Of a stretch of DNA of 64,000 nt, positions 57,504 to 64,000 are shown piece by piece (position 1 is the first letter of the stretch; each line of letters opens with the position of its first letter). Source of the stretch: a virus. A program made the position numbers and the translations under genes. A model generated the notes under the pieces. The model did not search any database. It was not told the DNA's origin and worked only from the letters and a program-made list of their open reading frames with translations. Location of the stretch: the IMG/VR virus record IMGVR_UViG_3300042691_030776. The stretch is one strand, 5' to 3'.

Positions 57504-57818
57504 TTAGATTGAAGTGTAGCTGGTAACAGTTGTGATGGCATTGTCAACATTGGCATCAACTTGAACTGAGTCACCGTTGGCCAACAATAGTTTTTCAGAT
57601 CCAGCATAGATCTGATAGGTATCGCCTATGGTGATGTTGATATTTTTAACTATGGCATTTAAGTTGCCTGGAGAACCTGCATTGGGCACTACGTACACGT
57701 TGGCTGTGACGTTGCCTGCTGAATAGTTGCACAGGCTTAAAAATGTTATAGCACTGTTGCCGGTACTGGTATAAACAGATGCGGGTGTTGTGGTTACGTT
57801 TCCTACTTGAATCGTCAT
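57504..57818 (-). CDS. small putative virion protein
   Basis: 104 aa, beta-rich, EKLLLANGDSV; SD AAGGA. Confidence 0.7.
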   Translation of the reverse strand: MTIQVGNVTTTPASVYTSTGNSAITFLSLCNYSAGNVTANVYVVPNAGSPGNLNAIVKNINITIGDTYQIYAGSEKLLLANGDSVQVDANVDNAITTVTSYTSI

Positions 57819-57829
57819 TGTCTTTTTCC

Positions 57830-58456
57830 TTAGAATATTATGCTAAACACGATGGCCTTGCTCTTGCTGATCAACTCGTCTTGGTTACTACTGTTGTTAA
57901 AGTATAAACCAGTACCGCCGCTGCCAGGAACGTCGGATGTCACTGTGGCTGTGTTGGCTATCGAGGATGGTGTAGATCCAGTGTATACCAACGCAAAAGT
58001 ACCATCTAGTGTCATTTGACTGTTGGCATAGTCAAAGGCAAATGCGGCATTGGCTCCAAGTACTCCGCCATCGTTGTACTGAATCTCTGTGTTGGCACCT
58101 GAAGCTGTGATGCCACCCGCTATGATAGGTTGCCAGGTGCCTGTTGTGCCTGATGACGATGTGCTAGAGCTGATCTCCCAGTCTCCGGTATTGTTGTTGT
58201 ATCGTATACCTGCATAGTCAGAGCTGGTTTTGTGTGTTAGCAAACCCGAGTTTGATTGATAAGATCCTGTGTTTGAAGCATTGACCAGGATAAACGGATC
58301 AGTGACATTAAGTTCTGTAACGTTAATATATGTCAAGTTACCTGCAACCGTAAGGTTACCGGCTACATCAACCGTATTAGATTGAATGTAGACGTTGTCT
58401 CCAGGATTTATAGTTGTGATATAATAATCACCGTCAATGCGTTTGTATGATGTCAT
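57830..58456 (-). CDS. putative fibre/structural protein
   Basis: GNLTVAGNLTYINVTELNVTDP and GANTEIQYN modules shared with 52207-57054. Confidence 0.75.
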   Translation of the reverse strand: MTSYKRIDGDYYITTINPGDNVYIQSNTVDVAGNLTVAGNLTYINVTELNVTDPFILVNASNTGSYQSNSGLLTHKTSSDYAGIRYNNNTGDWEISSSTSSSGTTGTWQPIIAGGITASGANTEIQYNDGGVLGANAAFAFDYANSQMTLDGTFALVYTGSTPSSIANTATVTSDVPGSGGTGLYFNNSSNQDELISKSKAIVFSIIF

Positions 58457-59040
58457 AGCAGGCCTCTAGGTGTATTTATACGGTCTTTGAAATCCAGAAT
58501 TGACATAGAGCGCATGTTGGGTATTTCGTTCAGCGTGGTTATTGTTGCACTTTCTGGGCCCATGACCCTGACAAACTCACGTGTGCTGTAATCTTTACAG
58601 ATCTGCACTATTTGTTTGACCCAGTTTCCAGCAAATGTGGGTGGGTCAATGCTTTTTTTGTAGAACTCGGTGTCGGCATAGATATTGTTAAACTGTCCAT
58701 TTGAAGTACCTAGATCAAAACCCAGCATATAGATGCTGGTGTATCCATCCAAGCATGCGCGACCCACTGCGTTTGGACCTGAGCTGAATCCATAGTATTC
58801 TTTGCTGAGTCGCTGTGCGCCTAGACCTTCCATGGGCTTGCGAGTGTAAAAACGATTGCGTAGTGCATAACCTGATTCTTGTATGGCCATGGCAATGGGA
58901 CGATCTGTGGCGATCAGCACATCTGGAGTGAACTCTCTGTAGATGGCATTGCAAGCATATACTGTGCCGTGTAGTTTTAGAGATTCGAGTGGAATACTTC
59001 GCCTGCTCTGGCCGTTACCAAGTACGATTGCTATGGTCAT
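58453..59040 (-). CDS. hypothetical protein, Maf/DUF115-like glycosyltransferase fold
   Basis: IVLGNGQSR, YACNAIYR..PDVLIATD, SSGPNA, IYMLGFDL. Confidence 0.55.
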   Translation of the reverse strand: MTIAIVLGNGQSRRSIPLESLKLHGTVYACNAIYREFTPDVLIATDRPIAMAIQESGYALRNRFYTRKPMEGLGAQRLSKEYYGFSSGPNAVGRACLDGYTSIYMLGFDLGTSNGQFNNIYADTEFYKKSIDPPTFAGNWVKQIVQICKDYSTREFVRVMGPESATITTLNEIPNMRSMSILDFKDRINTPRGLL

Positions 59041-59075
59041 AAAAAATCCTCACAGTATATAGCTGTGAGGATTTT
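59041..59075 (-). terminator. 13-bp hairpin terminator overlapping the RBS of the downstream gene
   Basis: aaaatcctcacag-tatatag-ctgtgaggatttt; on the minus strand the T6 run leads directly into ATG. Confidence 0.7.
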
Positions 59076-59088
59076 GGGTTGCTTAAGA

Positions 59089-59925
59089 TTAAGAAGTATA
59101 CTTCTCGACTTGAGCCAACTCAATGTCACCTGTGCCATTGCTGAACGTTTCAGCATCAGCTCCAGATTTGAGTGCTTGTGCGGCAGCATCGTCAGTGAAG
59201 AAGTTTGCCAAGTAAGTTGTCTCACCTGAGTAGTTGACTTCGCCAGCGTTGCTACCTGCGTCACCGTATGTGGTCAATGCTGTTCCAGCGGCATTGGCAA
59301 AACCAGCCCAACTTTGTAGAAACTTATTGGTCAACTTAGAAACAGCAACTTCAGTTGAATCACCACCCACTGCATAGCTGATACTCATCAACCCTGCACC
59401 AGGTGTTAGGTCGCTGGTGAGGACACACACGCCAACTTCTTGTGCTGTACCAGTGGTACCAGCACCAGCGGCTGCTGACGGTGTAAAGATTGTTCCAATG
59501 GCGGCTGTGCCTTTGAGGCCCATGGCTGCCCAGTCTGTATCGCCTACTGCTGTGATACGTAAGGCAACACCTGCTACAGCGTTCTCAGGATCAATACTAG
59601 CTGTGGTAGCAACCATGTACTTGTGGCTGCCTTTTTGGCGCAAGATCACCCCGGCGGCTTGACCGGAATAGCTGTTGGTGATGTTGACTTCAACTTTAAC
59701 TACTGGAAAAGTTGCACTGACATCTGTACCACGAGTACCACCAACAACACCGTAGAAGTTATTGGCAGTCAATGAAGAATAATACACAGGATCAGTCAGC
59801 TGACCAAACTGTGGATAACCTTGATCGATTGGAACACCGGCTGCTGGAACACTGCTGGTAGTGCTGGTTGGATATGTTAGACCTTGTTGTAGGCCATATT
59901 TTTGAATTTTGAGAGGACGTCCCAT
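59089..59925 (-). CDS. putative virion structural protein
   Basis: MGRPLKIQK N-terminus, ILRQKGSHKYMV, A/G/T-rich; strong SD AAGGAG; late promoter with a structured leader. Confidence 0.75.
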   Translation of the reverse strand: MGRPLKIQKYGLQQGLTYPTSTTSSVPAAGVPIDQGYPQFGQLTDPVYYSSLTANNFYGVVGGTRGTDVSATFPVVKVEVNITNSYSGQAAGVILRQKGSHKYMVATTASIDPENAVAGVALRITAVGDTDWAAMGLKGTAAIGTIFTPSAAAGAGTTGTAQEVGVCVLTSDLTPGAGLMSISYAVGGDSTEVAVSKLTNKFLQSWAGFANAAGTALTTYGDAGSNAGEVNYSGETTYLANFFTDDAAAQALKSGADAETFSNGTGDIELAQVEKYTS

Positions 59926-60023
59926 TTTGTTTTCTCCTTTAAAAGAAGTCCAATGCGGGTTCTAGCCGCTACGCAGGTGGTGTCCTGCATAAAACGCATT
60001 ATTACGTTGTGTAAGAGTATTTA
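59926..60023 (-). promoter_or_regulatory. late promoter plus structured ~85-nt 5' leader
   Basis: TAAATA (60023-60018), then AAUGCG...AUGCAGG-ACACCA-CCUGCGU...GCGG-CUAGAAC-CCGC-AUU, then SD. Confidence 0.55.
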
Positions 60024-60027
60024 TGAT

Positions 60028-61089
60028 CTAAACCCGATTCAGCTGGGTAACCAAAAAATCTAGTATGTTTTTTTCTACGTTACCTGAGTGAAACCAATGA
60101 TAGTTGTGTTCTATCTGGAACCGATTGGTTTGCCACCAGGCTTGCGGATCGTGAGCGTGTTCTCTAACGCAGTCTACTATCATCTCCAGCCGGGTCTGTA
60201 TGTTGTACTTGAGATCATAGCTGTCGTCAAAGGTATAAAATCCCAGTTCTTTCAACCACGAAGCTGTGCCAGGAGCACCTGCTATCAAAAACAACTGTCC
60301 TGCGGCAATGGGTTTCCAAATCTTCTCGCTGGTAAAACTAAACACCGCAGATGTTTCTGTGACTATGTTGCACCATGAGTCCTGATAGGCAGGATGATTG
60401 ATTGTATGATCATTGATGCCTTGTTGTTCATACTCCCAGGCCAGTGGAAAATCTCCCAGGCTTTCGATGCACTGACTGTATAACTCTTGACTCACAAAGT
60501 TTTTTATATTTCTATAGTGATGCGCTGTCATCTTAAATCCTTGATAGGGACAACGATCATAGTAACTATAGACAAACTGATCTAACAGCCCTGCCTGTTT
60601 GAGCATGGTATACAGGATCAATCTGTGGAAGGTGGGATTCCTGTTGAGGCAGCTAAACCCATGCTTTCGACTACCAAAGTTGGCCTCAGGCAAGGGTTGC
60701 TTTTTAAAAACAAACAACCAGCTGGGATAGTTTATTTCTTGTAAATGCTTGTGTGGTCTTAGATCAAACTGGCTCATGCTAAGATAGGTTTTCAATCCTT
60801 TGGTCTGAGCAAAGCGATCAAGTACAATCACTTTTTCATTGTAATCTGTTACAGGATCTTGTGTGCCATCAAATATAACCTGTTGATATTTGATCATGCT
60901 GGCCGACGCTCTGTCTAACACGTCTGATGCATAGGTTTCTAACTCTGAGGCTGGCACCAGATTGATGTCAATGACTAGTGTGGGTACGTGAACGTGCTTC
61001 AGCAGTGGTTCGTAGTGCTGTTTGGGGTTGTTTTCAACAAAGTCAAACTCAGCAGTGTTAAAGTTGTAGCGCCAATGCAGATCTTGCAT
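60028..61089 (-). CDS. hypothetical protein, TEKT-motif family (putative glycosyltransferase-like)
   Basis: FSCLNRNPTFHR, NIVTET, FTSEKIWKPIAAGQLF, LKELGFYTFDDSYD; start placed at 61089, after TAAGTA. Confidence 0.55.
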   Translation of the reverse strand: MQDLHWRYNFNTAEFDFVENNPKQHYEPLLKHVHVPTLVIDINLVPASELETYASDVLDRASASMIKYQQVIFDGTQDPVTDYNEKVIVLDRFAQTKGLKTYLSMSQFDLRPHKHLQEINYPSWLFVFKKQPLPEANFGSRKHGFSCLNRNPTFHRLILYTMLKQAGLLDQFVYSYYDRCPYQGFKMTAHHYRNIKNFVSQELYSQCIESLGDFPLAWEYEQQGINDHTINHPAYQDSWCNIVTETSAVFSFTSEKIWKPIAAGQLFLIAGAPGTASWLKELGFYTFDDSYDLKYNIQTRLEMIVDCVREHAHDPQAWWQTNRFQIEHNYHWFHSGNVEKNILDFLVTQLNRV

Positions 61090-61097
61090 GGCAATAC

Positions 61098-61463
61098 TTA
61101 TACTGCTTGATTGTTGTGTACGTAACTCCAGCGATTGTTGGTTGTGTCCCAAAATGCCATCATACCGTTGGGATCACTGCCTTGAGCACTGTCGCTGATG
61201 CAGATGGCCTGTCCTATGGAACCTGACAGGTTGGCAGCCGCGGCCGCTGTGTACACAGGAAATATTGACACAGCAGGGGACCAAACCTGTGTTAAGTTGC
61301 CCGTGGCATTGCCAATATAAACATTGCTGGTGATTTGATCCACTGTGAACTCAGCAGGTCTGGCGTAGCCATCATAGTTGGCCAAAGACTCTTGTGCATT
61401 GTCTTTCATCACTGTACGACTGATACCAGTGATGTCTGAATATGGTGGGGGTGGGTTAGCCAT
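61098..61463 (-). CDS. putative virion decoration/structural protein
   Basis: C-terminal FPVYT...GQAICISD...AFWD...W module resembles the C-terminus of 46631-48535. Confidence 0.65.
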   Translation of the reverse strand: MANPPPPYSDITGISRTVMKDNAQESLANYDGYARPAEFTVDQITSNVYIGNATGNLTQVWSPAVSIFPVYTAAAAANLSGSIGQAICISDSAQGSDPNGMMAFWDTTNNRWSYVHNNQAV

Positions 61464-61596
61464 TTGTTTTTACTGTCAAGTTATGTGCTACTGGTGGTGG
61501 CAGTGTCTGTGGAACTACATGTCCTATGGGATTACCCACTGGAGGATTTGGTCTGGGTGCTGGTGTTCCTAATCCAAAGTTGATGCGTGAAATCAT
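61456..61596 (-). CDS. small proline-rich protein (46 aa)
   Basis: Hand translation MISRINFGLGTPAPRPNPPVGNPIGHVVPQTLPPPVAHNLTVKTNG*; TAAATA 5 nt upstream; stop overlaps the next gene. Confidence 0.6.
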   Translation of the reverse strand: MISRINFGLGTPAPRPNPPVGNPIGHVVPQTLPPPVAHNLTVKTNG

Positions 61597-61616
61597 GATA
61601 ATATTTAGCGGCCAAA

Positions 61617-61642
61617 CAAAAACCCGCCGAAGCGGGTTTTTG
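61617..61642 (-). terminator. rho-independent terminator after the major capsid gene
   Basis: caaaaacccgc-cgaa-gcgggtttttg; UUCG loop on the minus strand. Confidence 0.85.
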
Positions 61643-61665
61643 AACTTCCTTGATCCAGTGTTGGA

Positions 61666-62862
61666 TTAAGAGAATGACAAGTTAGAAACAGCAATCTCAC
61701 CAACATAGTCACCGGCGTTACCGAATGAAGATGCTGTGTTTGTGAGTTCGATGTAGCCGTAACGTGTCATGAACGATACGACTGGCTCGAATGTGCTTGG
61801 ATCCAGCACAACACCGCTTGACATCAATGGGATGTATGGGCAGTAGAATGCGGCTGCATCAGTTTCGCTTGCGCCTTTGTAACCAACCAACACAGGTGTG
61901 CTGTCGTTAGCATAGCTATCGCAGAACACACGCATAGCGCCGTTCAATGTACCAACAAACTTGGTGTTTGTAGGTGCTTCGAATGTGCCTTCTGTGGTGC
62001 GGGCAAAAGCAGAAGTTGTTGCTGACTGGAGTACAGTCAATGAAGCTGGGGATACAACAGCCCAGTTACCAGCGCCACGACGTGTACGCTGAGCGATCAA
62101 GTTAGCAACACGGTTGATTAGAACTGCCAAAGCGGCGTGTTCGTCACCAACGAATGTAGCTGTACCTGAAACGGTAGCTTGGTTGTATGTAAACTCAGTT
62201 GATGCCAAGGTGCGGAGCGACAAGAGAATCTCTTGGTCGATTTCAGCTGTGATTTCTTGAGCTAAAGCAGCCATGATTTCTGCTTCAATATCAATACCGT
62301 GCATAGCTTGTGCATCTTGTGCGGCTTCAAATGTCCAACGAGCTTGTAGCTTACGTGTCTTTGCTTCGACAGCTTGCTTCAAGATCTGTACGCTGATTTG
62401 CTTACCACCGTTACCTTCGAGGGTAGCAGTAGCGGCACCAGTGTAGTTAGATGCTGTACCAGCATCTTTGGTCACTGTTGAGTATGCCTGAGCAATCTTG
62501 AATGGGCTCAGTGCTTCTTCACCAGCTGTAACTGATGTTTGTGCGGCTGAGTTGTCTGTCAAGCTCTGTGCATAACGTACACGCAATGTGTGGATTTGGC
62601 CTACTGGACCTGTCATTGGCTGAACGCCAACCAACTCGTTAGCGATAACGGTTGGCATAACACGTCGGATAACTGGCAGAATCACACGGTTAAGTGTGGC
62701 GATGTTGCCAGATACAGTAGAACCAGCACTTGCGTTCTCTTTCAAATACTTACGGGTGTTTTCGAGTACGACACCCATTGTGTTGCGGCGAGCACCTTGC
62801 AAACCTTCCATGAGGGCTTCTTTGGTCTCATCCCAACGGCTTTCTAGTAGTTCTTGTGACAT
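61666..62862 (-). CDS. major capsid protein (T4 gp23-like)
   Basis: PVIRRVMP, VGVQPMTGPVGQI, EAKTRKLQARWTFEAAQD, EITAEIDQEI, QRTRRGAGN, FYCPYIPL, FMTRYG; start 62862 with SD AAGGAG. Confidence 0.96.
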   Translation of the reverse strand: MSQELLESRWDETKEALMEGLQGARRNTMGVVLENTRKYLKENASAGSTVSGNIATLNRVILPVIRRVMPTVIANELVGVQPMTGPVGQIHTLRVRYAQSLTDNSAAQTSVTAGEEALSPFKIAQAYSTVTKDAGTASNYTGAATATLEGNGGKQISVQILKQAVEAKTRKLQARWTFEAAQDAQAMHGIDIEAEIMAALAQEITAEIDQEILLSLRTLASTEFTYNQATVSGTATFVGDEHAALAVLINRVANLIAQRTRRGAGNWAVVSPASLTVLQSATTSAFARTTEGTFEAPTNTKFVGTLNGAMRVFCDSYANDSTPVLVGYKGASETDAAAFYCPYIPLMSSGVVLDPSTFEPVVSFMTRYGYIELTNTASSFGNAGDYVGEIAVSNLSFS

Positions 62863-62887
62863 AATGTCTCCTTCTTCCTTCCTAAGA

Positions 62888-63976
62888 TTAAAGCCCTGCC
62901 AGGCGTTTGAGGTCAATCACATTACTGCGATCTTCCGCTACAACCTTTGCAGATTTATCACCAGTGACTTCAGTAACACTCTCAGCAATCACTGTTTTGG
63001 CTTTTGCTGGTTTGTTATCTGCGAGCACAGCTGGCAAATACTTTTCGAAAGCGTTCTTTAAACGGGATGTTTGAACGTTTTCTAAGAGATTCTTCATAAC
63101 TCCTGCCTTTTCCTCATTGAGAGGTCCCAGCAGTTCGTCCATGAGCTTGGCTCGCTCATTGGATTCACGGATTATTCGAATCTCACGATCCTTTGATTCA
63201 ACGAGGGTCTTAGCCTTCTCGGTGATCTTGATGGCTTCAGCCAACTTTTGATCTTTGGTAGCGATCACGCTGTTGAGTTTTCGGATTTCTGCGTTCTCAT
63301 TGAGGTGAGTTGCACCGAATTCAGCGGCGTATGCTTCAAAGATACGACGACCAAAGTTGTTCTCTCGAGCAACTTTAATGTCTTCGTGGAGTTGACTAAG
63401 TTCAGCCTTGAGATGCTTGGCTACAGATTTGCTCATTTTGTCAGCAGATTCTTTTACAAATCTTGCTTTCAATGTCTCAAGCTGTTTGCGAGCTTCACGA
63501 ACTAGACGGACTTTGGTTTCCACCGCGTCTTTCTTGTCCTGTGCAAACTCACGGATTTCTTGAGCAAGAGCTTTCACAACGAAACCTTCAAGTTTATTGA
63601 TTGATTCTGTGTGAACTTTACGATCCTTACGCAGTTCGCCAATCTCTTCAGCAAGTTTAGAAACCATAAAGTCGTTAAACTTTGTAGCTGATTCCTTCAT
63701 CTTGACATTGAACTTGACGCGATCTTCCGCCAATGCTTGCTTTTCAGCTTGCACAGCTTGGATCTCTGCGGCGAGACCTTCTGTTACCATGCGATCTAGG
63801 GCTTCCACCATCACTTGTTTGTCATGCTCATAGCGTTGTGCAAACTCTTCTCTGAGTTCTGCACGTACCACCTCACGAGCTTCGTTCAGCTTGGCTTCCC
63901 ATTGTTCGGAAATAGCTGTACGAGTTTCCTCGTTGATTAGGTCGCTATCTAGTAACGGTTTGATGGCATCTAGCAT
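62888..63976 (-). CDS. prohead core scaffold protein (T4 gp22-like)
   Basis: Coiled-coil, E/K-rich, immediately upstream of gp23; ends DLKRLAGL; SD AGGAGA. Confidence 0.85.
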   Translation of the reverse strand: MLDAIKPLLDSDLINEETRTAISEQWEAKLNEAREVVRAELREEFAQRYEHDKQVMVEALDRMVTEGLAAEIQAVQAEKQALAEDRVKFNVKMKESATKFNDFMVSKLAEEIGELRKDRKVHTESINKLEGFVVKALAQEIREFAQDKKDAVETKVRLVREARKQLETLKARFVKESADKMSKSVAKHLKAELSQLHEDIKVARENNFGRRIFEAYAAEFGATHLNENAEIRKLNSVIATKDQKLAEAIKITEKAKTLVESKDREIRIIRESNERAKLMDELLGPLNEEKAGVMKNLLENVQTSRLKNAFEKYLPAVLADNKPAKAKTVIAESVTEVTGDKSAKVVAEDRSNVIDLKRLAGL

Positions 63977-64000
63977 GCGTTTCTCCTAAATCTTGAGATC

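Noticed and set aside
59953-60000. Plus-strand resemblance to a preQ1-I riboswitch (GGGUUCUAG...CCUGCAUAAAA)
   Set aside because: Wrong strand for the adjacent gene, loop too long, and the 3' tail lacks the AAAAAACUA pseudoknot-pairing sequence.
1-64000. Stop-codon reassignment, introns or inteins in core genes
   Set aside because: Core genes (gp17, gp18, gp23, UvsX) are intact in the standard code, genes end in TAA, TAG and TGA, and no intein or intron signatures were seen.
63986-64000. C-terminal end (DLKI*) of the upstream gene, probably prohead protease gp21
   Set aside because: Only four codons are visible; the identity rests on position alone.

Overview
This window is 64 kb of a T4-like myophage genome (distant T4 superfamily). 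Nearly all genes lie on the minus strand and read normally in the standard genetic code. Recognisable core genes are the UvsW helicase (partial), UvsY, UvsX, gp32 SSB, gp17 terminase, gp4, a tube-fold baseplate protein, gp19 tube, gp18 sheath, dNMP kinase, gp13/14/15, gp23 capsid and gp22 scaffold, in an order rearranged relative to T4. Accessory content has three parts. (i) A ~10 kb glycan-synthesis/modification island at 3.8-13.5 kb (glycosyltransferases, KpsS/KpsC-like proteins, methyltransferases, a cytidylyltransferase-cupin fusion, an SGNH protein), with two radical SAM genes beside it and paralogs scattered among the virion genes. (ii) A block of probable capsid-internal proteins with T4-like capsid-targeting N-termini, including a modular polyprotein. 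(iii) A ~13 kb array of fibre proteins built from GNITGGNL repeats rich in N-X-S/T sequons, three with peptidase-G2-like C-termini. The regulatory signals are unusually easy to read: tandem sigma70 early promoters, TAAATA late boxes 4-9 nt upstream of ATG (apparently leaderless mRNAs), a perfectly palindromic bidirectional late promoter, and several hairpins that hide the RBS or start codon unless the gene's own promoter fires. The leading hypothesis for a novel system is phage-encoded virion glycosylation. No tRNA, CRISPR array, reverse transcriptase or integrase was recognised. All functional calls rest on motif recognition by eye; no database searches were run.
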